Shown piece by piece: positions 24,768 to 40,285 of a stretch of 64,000 nucleotides of DNA (the stretch's first letter is position 1; each line of letters begins with the position of its first letter). Below the pieces are notes generated by a model. It made no database searches. It was not told the origin of the DNA and worked only from the letters and a program-made list of their open reading frames with translations. Origin of the DNA: Malacoraja senta (Eukaryota); contig CM075995.1 of assembly GCA_038087875.1 (NCBI GenBank), positions 10,294,001 through 10,358,000 on the forward strand. The letters run 5' to 3'. Position numbers and translations under genes: made by a program.

Positions 24768-26565
24768 GTAAGTATTCTTAAGCAATCGTCGACTCAAGTC
24801 ACAAGCGTTGTCTTTTTTTGCAACATTCGGTGTTACTGAAGCAATGATAATATCAGTGGGAAAAAGAGAGTTGCTGCAGGATAACAATGATCTCACTGCA
24901 GATAAAATTAAAAATTATTCTCCGCTGATCCAGATGCGAGAGAAAATCATACAGAGCCGTAGTCAACTTATCCAATGACATCAGCTGCTGACGTACCTCT
25001 ATAGCGGTGTGGTCAATGAAAGGACAAGTATAAATCTGTAATTTAAGTTGATTCAAGTTATGTAATAATGAACAATCTGATTGCTGTGGCAATAGACAGG
25101 TAACCAATGCCGATGAGTGAGGATCATGCAGCATCTACTCAGTCAATGTGGCCTATGTGTGGGAAGGAACTGCAGGTCGTGGTTTAACCCGAAGATATAC
25201 ACAAAAATATGGAATAACGTGTGCGGTCAGACCGCATCATTGGAGAAAAGCAATAGGTGACGTTCCAGGTCGAAACCCTTCCCCAGACTGAATACAGTCT
25301 GAAGAAGGGTCTCGATCCGAAACGTCACATATTCCTTTTCTCCAGAGATGCTCTCTGACGCGCATGGTCACCTATATATCCTGTTGCTAGCCATCTGTTC
25401 GTAACTGGAGCAAGTGGGCGGATGCCGGAAGTAGCCGTGGGATCCCCCCATATCCATGGAACGTGTCATCAGTTCACCAGCACAGACCTACGATCACCTT
25501 TGTTACGTTTAGTCATCCGCATGATCGAGGCAGTGGAGGCAGTAGAGTCTAAAGTTTAAATCCAATGTTCTATAGACTTTGGATCAGTTCCTGTGGACTG
25601 GAGTGCAGCTAATGTAACCCCACTTTTAAGAAGGAGGGAGAGAGAAAACATGGAATTACAGACCAGTTAGCCTGAAATCGGTAGTGTAGAAGATGTTTCA
25701 GTCGATTATTGTAGATGTAATAGCAGCGCATTCGGAAAGCAGTGACAGGATCGGTGAAAGTCAGCATGGCTCTATAAAGGGGAAATCATGCTTGACTAAT
25801 ATGCTGGCATTTTTTGAGGATGTAACAAGAGTGGGCAAGGGAGAGACAGTGAATGTGGTATATCTGGATTTTAAAAAAAGCCTATGCCAAGGTCCCACAC
25901 AAGAGATTAGCGTGCAAAATTCGAGCGCATGGTATTGCGAGTAGGGTATTGTTATGGCTAGAAAACTGGTTGGCTGACAACACGCCAAGAGTAGGGATTT
26001 ACGGGTCATTTTCTGAATGACAGGCGGTGATGCATGGGGTTCCGCAAGGTTCAGTGCTGAGACCCATGTTATTTACAATATATATTGACAACTTAGACGA
26101 AGGAATTAAATGGTACATCTCGAAGTGTGCGGATGACAAAAAGCTGGGTGGCAGTGTGCGCTGCCAGTAAGATGCTATGAGGATGCACGGTGACTTAGAT
26201 AGGTTCAGTTAGTCGGCAGATGCATGACAGATGCAGTATAATATGGATAAATGTGAGGTTATCCACGTTGGTGGCAAAATAACAAGAATGCAGATTATTA
26301 TCGGAATGGTGTCAGAATCGGAAAAGGGTGGTGCAGAGAGACCTCTGTTTCCTTCTACATCAGTTTCTAAAAGTAAGCACATGGGTACAGCAGCCAGCGA
26401 AGAAAGCAAATGTCAGTGCGGAAGATGCCGGAGTAGCCATGGGAGCCCCCCCTCCACATCCCATGCACCTGTCATCAGTACACCACCACAGGCCTACGAT
26501 AACAAACGCTTTCTCGTCTATTGTGATCGAGGTAGCGGAGGCTAACTTTCAAACATCTCTTTCAG

Positions 26566-26999
26566 CTGTGGAACCGTTGATTCAGTTGCTTTGACAACAC
26601 TTACATTCAATTGTGATGGACTTGTTGGTCGATATGTGAACATCTTCATCCCGGGCCAGGATAAAATCTTGACTCTTTGCGAGGTTGAGATCTTTGCTTC
26701 AAAATATCCTTCTACCCATATCCCGTTAGAGCAGGACATGAAACCCACGTCTGGACCTGAAATGGAAAAGCAAACTCACGTCCATATCCCGTCCGTAAAG
26801 GGAACGAAACTCCCGCCAACCTCTGGAAACAATCTCCCGCACATAACTGGAACGAAAATGCCGTCCGTGAAGGAAACGGTGCCCCAGTCCCCAAAGGGAA
26901 CGAAAAAACCGTCCATACCTGGAACGAATATCCCGCCAACAACCGGAACGAACGTTTCGTTCGTAACTGGAACAAATCTGCGATCTGGAACTGTAACAG
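26566..26999 (+). CDS. Extended exon B6 (unit 2)
   Basis: Same protein as B5; AG/GT intact. Confidence 0.88.
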
Positions 27000-27135
27000 G
27001 TAGGCTCAGCGCCCCGATAAGTCTGTGGTCGTAGACACTGAGGCATTCTCAGCCACGAAATCGATTACTGATACTATTTCTGGAAGGAGGGAATCATGTT
27101 AGCCCGAGATTCACTACCCTCTGGCTAAAACAAAT

Positions 27136-29139
27136 CCATATAACCATATAACCATATAACAATTACAGCATGGAAACAGGCCATCTCGGCCCTTCAAGCC
27201 CATGCCGAACACCTTTTTCTCCCCTAGTCCCATCTACCTGCACAGACCATAACCCTCCATTCCTTTCTCGTCCATATACCCATCCAATCTATTTCTAAAT
27301 GATAAAATCGAACCCGCCTCCACCACTTCCACTGGAAGCTCATTCCACACAGCTACCAATCTCTGAGTAAAGAAGTTGCCCCTAATGTTACCCCTAAACT
27401 TCTGTCCCTTAATTCTCAAGTCATGTCCTCTTGCTTGAATCTTCCCTACTCTCAATGGGAAAAGCTTATCCACGTCAACTCCGTCAATCCCTCTCATCAT
27501 TTTAAAGACCTCTATCAAGTCCCCCCTTAACCTTCTGCGCTCCAAAGAATAAAGACCTAACTTGTTCAGCCTTTCTCTGTAATTTAGTTGCTGAAACCCA
27601 GGCAACATTCTCGTAAATCTCCTCTGTACTCTCTCTATATTGTTGACATCCTTCCTATAATTAGGCGACCAAAATTGTACTCCATACTCCAGAATTGGCC
27701 TCACCAATGCCTTGTACAATTTTAACATTACATCCCAACTTCTATACGCAATGCTCTGATTTATAAAGGCCAGCACACCAAAAGCATTATTTACCACCCT
27801 ATCTACATGAGATTCCACCTTCAGGGAACTATGCACAGTTATTCCTAGATCCCTCTGTTCAACTGCATACCTCAATTCGCTACCATTTACCATGTACGTC
27901 CTATTTTGATTTGTCCTGCCAAGATGTAGCACCTCTCATTTATTATCCACAACACCACCTATCTTATTATCATCTGCATACTTCCTAATCCAATTTTCCA
28001 CACCATCATCCAGATCATTGATGTACATGACAAACAACAGCGGACCCAACACAGACCCCTGAGGCACCCGACTAGTCACCGACCTCCAACCTGACAAACA
28101 CCCATCCACCATTACTCTCTGGCATCTCCCATTCAGCCACTGTTGAATCCATCTTGCTACCCAACAATTGAATCTTCTTAACCAACCTTCCATGACGAAC
28201 CTTGTCAAAGGCCTTACTGAAGTGCATATAGACAACATCCACTGCTTTACCCTCATCAATTTCCCTAGTAACCTCTTCGAAAAATTCAAGAAGATTAGTC
28301 AAACATGACCTTCCAGGCACAAATCCATGTTGACTGTTCTTAATCAGACCCTGTTTATCCAGATGCTTATATATATTACCCCTAAGTATCCTTTCCATTA
28401 ATTTGCCCACCACTGACGTCAAACTAACAGTTCTATAATTGCTAGGTTTACTCTTAGAACCCTTTTTAAACAACGGAACAACATGCGCAGTACGCCAATC
28501 CTCCGGCACTATTCCCGTTTCTAATGACATTTGAAATATTTCTGTCATAGCCCCTACTATTTCTACACTAACTTCCCTCAATGTCCTAGGGAATATCCTG
28601 TCAGGACCTGGAGACTAATCCGCTTTCATATTTTTCAAAAGTGTCCACACTTCCTCTACTTTAAATCTCATATTTTCCATTGCTACACTGCTCGTTTCCC
28701 TTACCTCACATAATTCAATAACCTTCTCCTTGGTGAATACCGAAGAAAAGAAATTGTTCAATATCTGCCCCATCACTTTTGGCTCTGCAGATAGCTGTCC
28801 ACCCTGACTCTCTAATGGACCAATTGTGTTCCTTGTTATCCTCTTGCTATTAATATAGCTGTAGAAACCCTTTGGGTTTAATTTCACCTTACTTGCCAAA
28901 GCAACCTCATATCTTCTTTTAGCTTTTCTAATTTCTTTCTTAAGATTCTTTTTACATTCTTTATACCCCTGCAGCACCTCATTTACTCCATGCCGCCTAT
29001 AATTATTGTATATCTCTCTCTTTTTCCGAACCGTGTCCAATTTCCCTTGAAAACCATGGCTCTTTCCAATTTTTACTATTTCCTTTCAACCGAACAGGGA
29101 CATAAAGATTCTGTATTCTTAAAATTTCACATTTAAACC
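27136..29139 (-). mobile_element. CR1 LINE (unit 2 copy)
   Basis: ORF pieces 27234-29040 match unit 1. Confidence 0.9.
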
Positions 29140-29751
29140 TGAACCAGCTCAGCGTCCGATGATACCGTCCACAGGGCCCACAGCCGAAGCCTCTCGTTTG
29201 TGCACATGCGTGCACATGTGTGAATTCTCCTAAACAACTCTCCTGAAGCTCCGGTACCCCGGGGCATTGAACTGCCAGTTCTGCCACTCTCTTAACAGGA
29301 TTTCAATGATGGCTATAACATCTCAGTCGCTCGTAACTGTCCATGCATTGAGCTCGTCTCCCTTACCCGTCAGGCCTCTTGCATTAACATACGTGCAGTT
29401 TAACAAATGCTCCTTCCTCACTCTCCGCCTTTCACCTGCCTATTCCGTCCACTAACTTTTCCCTCATCATCGTCCAAACCAACCTCCCACGTGCATCAGT
29501 CCTGTATCCCAACCACTGCCAATCTAGTTTAAACCCTCCCGTGTAGCATCAGCAAACCTGCCCGTCAAGATGTTGGTACCCCTCCAGTTAAGGTGCAACC
29601 CGTCTCTTTTGTACAGGACACCCCGTCCCAGAAGAGATCCCAATAATCCAGAAACCTAAATCCCTGTCCCCTGCACCAACTCCCCTATCTTCCTGTCCCT
29701 CGGCATTAAATATATCCCTTACGGCTCAGTGAGGTGTTTTCCACTCAATAG

Positions 29752-30031
29752 AAAACGTGGCACACGGAGCACCGCCGACCCAGTCCAGCACGGATCACGG
29801 GGCACCTGCTGAGCTAGCGAATGACGGGAACAACGACAGCGACTTCAGGCATGGTTCATGCTCGCGCACTAGGAAATCCAAGGATCCTTGGTGGAGAATC
29901 GATCTAAATGAAAGCTACAACGTGTCAAATGTAAGAATCACCAACAGAGCAGACTGCTGCTCGGACCAGCTCAAAGGAGCGGAGATCCGCATCGGGAATT
30001 CGCTGGAAAACGATGGCAATTCCAACAGACT
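29752..30031 (+). CDS. F-type lectin exon A7 (unit 3)
   Basis: Same protein as A5 and A6; AG/GT intact. Confidence 0.88.
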
Positions 30032-31823
30032 GTAAGTGTTCTTAAGCAATCGTCGACTCAAGTCACAAGCGTTGTCTTTTTTTGCAACATTCGGTGTTAC
30101 TGAAGCAATGATAATATCAGTGGGAAAAAGAGAGTTGCTGCAGGATAACAATGATCTCACTGCAGATAAAATTAAAAATTATTCTCCGCTGATCCAGATG
30201 CGAGAGAAAATCATACAGAGCCGTAGTCAACTTATCCAATGACATCAGCTGCTGACGTACCTCTATAGCGGTGTGGTCAATGAAAGGACAAGTATAAATC
30301 TGTAATTTAAGTTGATTCAAGTTATGTAATAATGAACAATCTGATTGCTGTGGCAATAGACAGGTAACCAATGCCGATGAGTGAGGATCATGCAGCATCT
30401 ACTCAGTCAATGTGGCCTATGTGTGGGAAGGAACTGCAGGTCGTGGTTTAACCCGAAGATATACACAAAAATATGGAATAACGTGTGCGGTCAGACCGCA
30501 TCATTGGAGAAAAGCAATAGGTGACGTTCCAGGTCGAAACCCTTCCCCAGACTGAATACAGTCTGAAGAAGGGTCTCGATCCGAAACGTCACATATTCCT
30601 TTTCTCCAGAGATGCTCTCTGACGCGTATGGTCACCTATATATCCTGTTGCTAGCCATCTGTTCGTAACTGGAGCAAGTGGGCGGATGCCGGAAGTAGCC
30701 GTGGGATCCCCCCATATCCATGGAACGTGTCATCAGTTCACCAGCACAGACCTACGATCACCTTTGTTACGTTTAGTCATCCGCATGATCGAGGCAGTGG
30801 AGGCAGTAGAGTCTAAAGTTTAAATCCAATGTTCTATAGACTTTGGATCAGTTCCTGTGGACTGGAGTGCAGCTAATGTAACCCCACTTTTAAGAAGGAG
30901 GGAGAGAGAAAACATGGAATTACAGACCAGTTAGCCTGAAATCGGTAGTGTAGAAGATTTCAGTCGATTATTGAAGATGTAATAGCAGCGCATTCGGAAA
31001 GCAGTGACAGGATCGGTCAAAGTCAGCATGGCTCTCTAAAGGGGAAATCATGCTTGACTAATATGCTGGAATTTTTTGAGGATGTAACAAGAGTGGGTAA
31101 GGGAGAGACAGTGAATGTGGTATAACTGGATTTAAAAAAAAGCCTATGCCAAGGTCCCACACAAGAGATTAGCGTGCAAAATTCGAGCGCATGGTATTGC
31201 GAGTTATGGCTAGAAAACTGGTTGGCTGACAACACGCCAAGAGTAGGGATTTACGGGTCATTTTCGGAATGACAGGCGGTGATGCATGGGGTTCCGCAAG
31301 GTTCAGTGCTGAGACCAATGTTATTTACAATATATATTGACGACTTAGACGAAGGAATTAAATGTTACATCTCGAAGTGTGCGGATGACAAAAAGCTGGG
31401 TGGCAGTGTGCGCTGCCAGTCAGATGCTATGAGGATGCACGGTGACTTAGATAGGTTCAGTTAGTGGGCAGATGCATGACAGATGCAGTATAATATGGAT
31501 AAATGTGAGGTTATCAACGTTGGTGGCAAAAAAACAAGAATGCAGATTATTATCGGAATGGTGTCAGAATAGGAAAAGGGTGGTGCAGAGAGACCTCTGT
31601 TTCCTTGTACATCAGTTTCTAAAAGTAAGCACATGGGTACAGCAGCCAGCGAAGAAAGCAAATGTCAGTGCGGAAGATGCCGGAGTAGCCATGGGAGCCC
31701 CTCCCCCCCCTCCACATCCCATGCACCCGTCATCAGTACACCACCACAGGCCTACGATAACAAACGCTTTCTCGTCTATTGTGATCGAGGTAGCGGAGGC
31801 TAACTTTCAAACATCTCTTTCAG

Positions 31824-32257
31824 CTGTGGAACCGTTGATTCAGTTGCTTTGACAACACTTACATTCAATTGTGATGGACTTGTTGGTCGATATGTGAACA
31901 TCTTCATCCCGGGCCAGGATAAAATCTTGACCCTTTGCGAGGTTGAGATCTTTGCTTCAAAATTTCCTTCTATCCATATCCCGTTAGAGCAGGACATGAA
32001 ACCCACGTCCGGACCAGAAATGGAAAAGCAAACTCACGTCCATATCCCGTCCGTAAAGGGAACGAAATTCCCGCCAACCTCTGGAAACAATCTCCCGCAC
32101 ATAACTGGAACGAAAATGCCGTCCGTGAAGGAAACGGTGCCCCAGTCCCCAAAGGGAACGAAAAAACCGTCCGTACCTGGAACGAATATCCCGCCAACAA
32201 CCGGAACGAACGTTTCGTTCGTAACTGGAACAAATCTGCGATCTGGAACTGTAACAG
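31824..32257 (+). CDS. Extended exon B7 (unit 3)
   Basis: 434 bp; variant KFPSIH, GTKFPP, PSVP. Confidence 0.88.
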
Positions 32258-32393
32258 GTAGGCTCAACGCCCCGATAAGTCTGTGGTCGTAGACACTGAG
32301 GCATTCTCAGCCACGAAATCGATTACTGATACTATTTCTGGAAGGAGGGAATCATGTTAGCCCGAGATTCACTACCCTCTGGCTAAAACAAAT

Positions 32394-34394
32394 CCATATA
32401 ACCATATAACCATATAACAATTACAGCATGGAAACAGCCCATCTCGGCCCTTCAAGCCCATGCCGAACACTTTTTTCTCCCCTAGTCCCATCTACCTGCA
32501 CAGACCATAACCCTCCATTCCTTTCTCGTCCATATACCCATCCAATCTATGTCTAAATGATAAAATCGAACCTGCCTCCACCACTTCCACTGGAAGCTCA
32601 TTCCACACAGCTACCACTCTCTGAGTAAAGAAGTTGCCCCTAAAGTTACCCCTAAACTTCTGTCCCTTAATTCTCAAGTCATGTCCTCTTGCTTGAATCT
32701 TCCCTACTCTCGATGGGAAAAGCTTATCCACGTCAACTCCGTTAATCCCTCTCATCATTTTAAAGACCTCTATCAAGTCCCCCTTAACCTTCTGCGCTCC
32801 AAAGAATAAAGACCTAACTTGTTCAGCCTTTCTCTGTAATTTAGTTGCTGAAACCCAGGCAACATCCTCGTAAATCTCCTCTGTACTCTCTCTATATTGT
32901 TGACATCCTTCCTGTAATTAGGCGACCGAAATTGTACTCCATACTCCAGAATTGGCCTCACCAATCCCTTGTACAATTTTAACATTACATCCCAACTTCT
33001 ATACGCAATGCTCTGATTTATAAAGGCCAGCACACCAAAAGCATTATTTACCACCCTATTTACATGAGATTCCACCTTCAGGGAACTATGCACAGTTATT
33101 CCTAGATCCCTCTGTTCAACTGCATTCCTCAATTCGCTACCATTTACCATGTACGTCCTATTTTGATTTGTCCTGCCAAGATGTAGCACCTCTCATTTAT
33201 TATCCACAACACCACCTATCTTAGTATCATCTGCATACTTCCTAATCCAATTTTCCACACCATCATCCAGATCATTGATGTACATGACAAACAACAGTGG
33301 ACCCAACACAGAACCCTGAGGCACCCCACTAGTCACCGACCTCCAACCTGACAAACAGCCATTCACCATTACTCTCTGGCATCTCCCATTCAGCCACTGT
33401 TGAATCCATCTTGCTACCCAACAATTGAATCTTCTTAACCAACCTTCCATGACGAACCTTGTCAAAGGCCTTACTGAAGTGCATATAGACAACATCCACT
33501 GCTTGACCCTCATCAATTTCCCTAGTAACCTCTTCGAAAAATTCAAGAAGATTAGTCAAACATGACCTTCCAGGCACAAATCCATGTTGACTGTTCTTAA
33601 TCAGACCCTGTTTATCCAGATGCTTATATATATTATCCCTAAGTATCATTTCCATTAATTTGCCCACCACTGACGTCAAACTAACAGTTCTATAATTGCT
33701 AGGTTTACTCTTAGAACCCTTTTTAAACAACGGAACAACATGCGCAGTACGCCAATCCTCCGGCACTATTCCCGTTTCTAATGACATTTGAAATATTTCT
33801 GTCATAGCCCCTGCTATTTTTACACTAACTTCCCTCAATGTCCTAGGGAATATCCTGTCAGGACCCGGAGACTTATCCGCTTTCATATTTTTCAAAAGTG
33901 TCCACACTTCCTCTACTTTCAATCTCATAGTTTCCATTGCTACTCTGCTCGTTTCCCTTACCTCACATAATTCAATAAGCTTATCCTTAGTGAATACCGA
34001 AGAAAACAAATTGTTCAATATCTCCCCCATCACTTTTGGCTCTGCAGATAGCTGTCCACCCTGACTCTCTAATGGACCAATTTTATTCCTTGTTATCCTC
34101 TTGCTATTAATATAGCTGTAGAAACCCTTTGGGTTTAATTTCACCTTACTTGCCAAAGCAACCATATCTTCTTTTAGCTTTTCTAATTTATTTCTTAAGA
34201 TTCTTTTTACATTCTTTATACCCCTGCAGCACCTCATTTACTCCATGCCGCCTATAATTATTGTATATCTCTCTCTTTTTCCGAACCGTGTCCAATTTCC
34301 CTTGAAAACCATGGCTCTTTCCAATTTTTACTATTTCCTTTCAACCGAACAGGGACATAAAGATTCTGTACTCTTAAAATTTCACATTTAAACC
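32394..34394 (-). mobile_element. CR1 LINE (unit 3 copy)
   Basis: ORF pieces 32492-34237. Confidence 0.9.
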
Positions 34395-35006
34395 TGAACC
34401 AGCTCAGCGTCCGATGATACCGTCCATAGGGCCCACAGCCGAAGCCTCTCGTTTGTGCACATGCGTGCACATGTGTGAATTCTCCTGAACAACTCTCCTG
34501 AAGCTCCGGTACCCCGGAGCATTGAACTGCCAGTTCTGCCACTCTCTTAACAGGATTTCAATGATGGGTATAACATCCCAGTCGCTCGTAACTGTCCATG
34601 CACTGAGCTCGTCTGCCTTACCCGTCAGGCCTCTTGCATTAACATACGTGCAGTTCAACAAATGCTCCTTCCTCACTCTCCGCCTTTCACCTGCCTATTC
34701 CGTCCACTAACTTTTCCCTCATCATCGTCCAAACCAACCTCTCACGTGCATCAGTCCTGTATCCCAACCACTGCCAATCTAGTTTAAACCCTCCCGTGTA
34801 GCATCAGCAAACCTGCCCGTCAAGATGTTGGTACCCCTCCAGTTAAGGTGCAACCCGTCTCTTTTGTACAGGACACCCCGTCCCAGAAGAGATCCCAATA
34901 ATCCAGAAACCTAAATCCCTGTCCCCTGCACCAACTCCCCTATCTTCCTGTCCCTCGGCATTAAATATATCCCTTACGGCTCAGTGAGGTGTTTTCCACT
35001 CAATAG

Positions 35007-35286
35007 AAAACGTGGCACACGGAGCACCGCCGACCCAGTCCAGCACGGATCACGGGGCACCTGCTGAGCTAGCTAATGACGGGAACAACGACAGCGACTT
35101 CAGTCATGGTTCATGCGCGCGCACTAGGAAATCCAAGGATCCTTGGTGGAGAATCGATCTAAATGAAAGCTACAACGTGTCAAATGTAAGAATCACCAAC
35201 AGAGCAGACTGCTGCTCGGACCAGCTCAAAGGAGCCGAGATCCGCATCGGGAACTCGCTGGAAAACGATGGCAATTCCAACAGACT
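35007..35286 (+). CDS. F-type lectin exon A8 (unit 4)
   Basis: 280 bp; DFSHGSCART variant; AG/GT intact. Confidence 0.88.
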
Positions 35287-37085
35287 GTAAGTGTTCTTAA
35301 GCAATCGTCGACTCAAGTCACAAGCGTTGTCTTTTTTGCAACATTCGGTGTTACTGAAGCAATGATAATATCAGTGGGAAAAAGAGAGTTGCTGCAGGAT
35401 AACAATGATCTTACTGCAAATAAAATTAAAAATTATTCTCCGCTGATCCAGATGCGAGAGAAAATCATACAGAGCCGTAGTCAACTTATCCAATGACATC
35501 AGCTGCTGACGTACCTCTATAGCGGTGGGGTCAATGAAAGGACAAGTATAAATCTGTAATTTAAGTTGATTCAAGTTATGTAATAATGAACAATCGGATT
35601 GCTCTGGCAATAGACAGGTAATCAATGCCGATGAGTGATGATCATGCAGCATCTACTCAGTCAATGTGGCCTATGTTTGGGAAGGAACTGCAGGTCGTGG
35701 TTTAACCCGAAGATATACACAAAAATATGGAATACCGTGTGCGGTCAGACCACATCATTGGAGAAAAGCAATAGGTGACGTTCCAGGTCGAAACCCTTCC
35801 CCAGACTGAATACAGTCTGAAGAAGGGTCTCGATCCGAAACGTCACTTATTCCTTTTCTCCAGAGATGCTCTCTGACGCGCATGGTCACCTATATATCCT
35901 GTTGCTAGCCATCTGTTCGTAACTGGAGCAAGTGGGCGGATGCCGGAAGTAGCCGTGGGATCCCCCCATATCCATGGAACGTGTCATCAGTTCACCAGCA
36001 CATACCTACGATTACCTTTGTTACGTTTAGTCATCCGCATGATCGAGGCAGTGGAGGCAGTAGAGTCTAAAGTTTAAATCCAATGTTCCATAGACTTTGG
36101 ATCAGTTCCTGTGGACTGGAGTTCAGCTAATGTAACCCCACTTTTAAGAAGGAGGGAGAGAGAGAACTGGGAATTACAGATCAGTTAGCCTGAAATCGGT
36201 AGTGTAGAAGATGTTTCAGTCGATTATTGAAGATGTAATAGCAGCGCATTCGGAAAGCAATGACAGGATCGGTCAAAGTTAGCATGGCTCTATAAAGGGG
36301 AAATCATGCTTGACTAATCTGCTGGAATTTTTTGAGGATGTAACAAGAGTGGGTAAGGGAGAGACAGTGAATGTGGTATAACTGGATTTTAAAAAAGCCT
36401 ATGCCAAGGTCCCACACAAGAGATTAGCGTGCAAAATTCGAGCACATGGTATTTCGAGTAGGGTATTGTTATGGCTAGAAAACTGGTTGGCTGACAACAC
36501 GCCAAGAGTAGGGATTTACGTGTCATTTTCGGAATGACAGGCGGTGATGCATGGGGTTCCGCAAGGTTCAGTGCTGAGACCCATGTTATTTACAATATAT
36601 ATTGACGACTTAGACGAAGGAATTAAATGTTACATCTCGAAGTATGCGGATGACAAAAAGCTGGGTGGCAGTGTGCGCTGCCAGTAAGATGCTATGAGGA
36701 TGCACGGTGACTTAGATAGGTTCAGTTAGTGGGCAGATGCATGACAGATGCAGTATAATATGGATAAATGTGAGGTTATCCACGTTGGTGGCAAAAAACC
36801 AAGAATGCAGATTATTATCGGAATGGTGTCAGAATCGGAAGAGGGTGGTGCAGAGAGACCTCTGTTTCCTTGTACATCAGTTTCTAAAAGTAAGCACATG
36901 GGTATAGCAGCCATCGAAGAAAGCAAATGTGAGTGCGGAAGATGCCGGAGTAGCCATGGGAGCCCCCCCACCTCCACATCCCATGCACCTGTCATCAGTA
37001 CACCACCACAGGCCTACGATAACAAACGCTTTCTCGTCTATTGTGATCGAGGTAGCGGAGGCTAACTTTCAAACATCTCTTTCAG

Positions 37086-37519
37086 CTGCGGAACCGTTGA
37101 TTCAGTTGCTTTGACAACACTTACATTCAATTGTGATGGACTTGTTGGTCGATATGTGAACATCTTCATCCCGGGCCAGGATAAAATCTTGACTCTTTGC
37201 GAGGTTGAGATCTTTGCTTCAAAATATCCTTCTACCCATATCCCGTTAGAGCAGGACATGAAACCCACGTCCGGACCTGAAATGGAAAAGCAAACTCACG
37301 TCCATATCCCGTCCGTAAAGGGAACGAAACTCCCGCCAACCTCTGGAAACAATCTCCCGCACATAACTGGAACGAAAATGCCGTCCGTGAAGGAAACGGT
37401 GCCCCAGTCCCCAAAGGGAACGAAAAAACCGTCCATACCTGGAACGAATATCCCGCCAACAACCGGAACGAACGTTTCGTTCGTAACTGGAACAAATCTG
37501 CGATCTGGAACTGTAACAG
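37086..37519 (+). CDS. Extended exon B8 (unit 4)
   Basis: 434 bp; same protein as B5. Confidence 0.88.
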
Positions 37520-37655
37520 GTAGGCTCAGCGCCCCGATAAGTCTGTGGTCGTAGACACTGAGGCATTCTCAGCCACGAAATCGATTACTGATACTATTTC
37601 TGGAAGGAGGGAATCATGTTAGCCCGAGATTCACTACCCTCTGGCTAAAACAAAT

Positions 37656-39674
37656 CCATATAACCATATAACCATATAACAATTACAGCATGGAAACAGG
37701 CCATCTCGGCCCTTCAAGCCCATGCCGAACACCTTTTTCTCCCCTAGTCCCATCTACCTGCACAGACCATAACCCTCCATTCCTTTCTCGTCCATATACC
37801 CATCCAATCTATTTCTAAATGATAAAATCGAACCTGCCTCCACCACTTCCACTGGAAGCTCATTCCACACAGCTACCAATCTCTGAGTAAAGAAGTTGCC
37901 CCTAATGTTACCCCTAAACTTCTGTCCCTTAATTCTCAAGTCATGTCCTCTTGCTTGAATCTTCCCTACTCTCAATGGGAAAAGCTTATCCACGTCAACT
38001 CCGTCAATCCCTCTCATCATTTTAAAGACCTCTATCAAGTCCCCCCTTAACCTTCTGCGCTCCAAAGAATAAAGACCTAACTTGTTCAGCCTTTCTCTGT
38101 AATTTAGTTGCTGAAACCCAGGCAACATTCTCGTAAATCTCCTCTGTATTCTCTCTATATTGTTGACATCCTTCCTATAATTAGGCGACCAAAATTGTAC
38201 TCCATACTCCAGAATTGGCCTCACCAATGCCTTGTACAATTTTAACATTACATCCCAACTTCTATACGCAATGCTCTGATTTATAAAGGCCAGCACACCA
38301 AAAGCATTATTTACCACCCTATCTACATGAGATTCCACCTTCAGGGAACTATGCACAGTTATTCCTAGATCCCTCTGTTCAACTGCATTCCTCAATTCGC
38401 TACCATTTACCATGTACGTCCTATTTTGATTTGTCCTGCCAAGATGTAGCACCTCTCATTTATTATCCACAACACCACCTATCTTAGTATCATCTGCATA
38501 CTTCCTAATCCAATTTTCCACACCATCATCCAGATCATTGATGTACATGACAAACAACAGTGGACCCAACACAGACCCCTGAGGCACCCCACTAGTCACC
38601 GACCTCCAACCTGACAAACAGCCATCCACCATTACTCTCTGGCATCTCCCATTCAGCCACTGTTGAATCCAACTTGCTACTCCACCATTAATACCCAACA
38701 ATTGAATCTTCTTAACCAACCTTCCATGACGAAACTTGTCAAAGGCCTTACTGAAGTGCATATAGACAACATCCACTGCTTTACCCTCATCAATTTCCCT
38801 AGTAACCTCTTCGAAAAATTCAAGAAGATTAGTCAAACATGACCTTCCAGGCACAAATCCATGTTGACTGGTCTTAATCAGACCCTGTTTATCCAGATGG
38901 TTATATATATTATCCCTAAGTATCCTTTCCATTAATTTGCCCACCACTGACGTCAAACTAACAGTTCTATAATTGCTAGGTTTACTCTTAGAACCCTTTT
39001 TAAACAACGGAACAACATGCGCAGTACGCCAATCCTCCGGCACTATTCCCGTTTCTAATGACATTTGAAATATTTCTGTCATAGCCCCTGCTATTTCTAC
39101 ACTAACTTCCCTCAATGTCCGAGGGAATATCCTGTCAGGATCTGGAGACTTATCCGCTTTCATATTTTTCAAAAGTATCCAAACTTCCTCTACTTTAAAT
39201 CTCATAGTTTCCATTGCTACTCTGCTCGTTTCCCTTACCTCACATAATTCAATAACCTTCTCCTTGGTGAATACCGAAGAAAAGAAATTGTTCAATATCT
39301 CCCCCATCACTATTGGCTCTGCAGATAGCTGTCCACCCTGACTCTCTAATGGACCAATTGTATTCCTTGTTATCATCTTGCTATTAATATAGCTGTAGAA
39401 ACCCTTTGGGTTTAATTTCACCTTACTTGCCAAAGTAACCTCATATCTTCTTTTAGCTTTTCTAATTTCTTTCTTAAGATTCTTTGTACATTCTTTATAC
39501 CCCTGCAGCACCTCATTTACTCCATGCCGCCTATAATTATTGTATATCTCTCTCTTTTTCCGAACCGTGTCCAATTTCCCTTGAAAACCATGGCTCTTTC
39601 CAATTTTTACTATTTCCTTTCAACCGAACAGGGACATAAAGATTCTGTACTCTTAAAATTTCACAATTAAACGT
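37656..39674 (-). mobile_element. CR1 LINE (unit 4 copy)
   Basis: ORFs 37754-38452 and 38456-39574. Confidence 0.9.
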
Positions 39675-40285
39675 GAACCAGCTCAGCGTCCGATGATACC
39701 GTCCACAGGGCCCACAGCCGAAGCCTCTCGTTTGTGCACATGCGTGCACATGTGTGAATTCTCCTGAACAACTCTCCTGAAGCTCCGGTACCCCGGAGCA
39801 TTCAACTGCCAGTTCTGCCACTCTCTTAACAGGATTTCAATGATGGCTATAACATCCCAGTCGCTCGTAACTGTCCATGCACTGAGCTCGTCTGCCTTAC
39901 CCGTCAGGCCTCTTGCATTAACATACGTGCAGTTCAACAAATGCTCCTTCCTCACTCTCCGCCTTTCACCTGCCTATTCCGTCCACTAACTTTTCCCTCA
40001 TCATCGTCCAAACCAACCTCCCACGTGCATCAGTCCTGTATCCCAACCACTGCCAATCTAGTTTAAACCCTCCCGTGTAGCATCAGCAAACCTGCCCGTC
40101 AAGATGTTGGTACCCCTCCAGTTAAGGTGCAACTCGTCTCTTTTGTACAGGGCACCACGTCCCAGAAGAGATCCCAATAATCCAGAAACCTAAATCCCTT
40201 TCCCCTGCACCAACTCCCCTATCGTCCTGTCCCTCGGCATTAAATATATCCCTTACGGCTCAGTGAGGTGTTTTCCACTCAATAG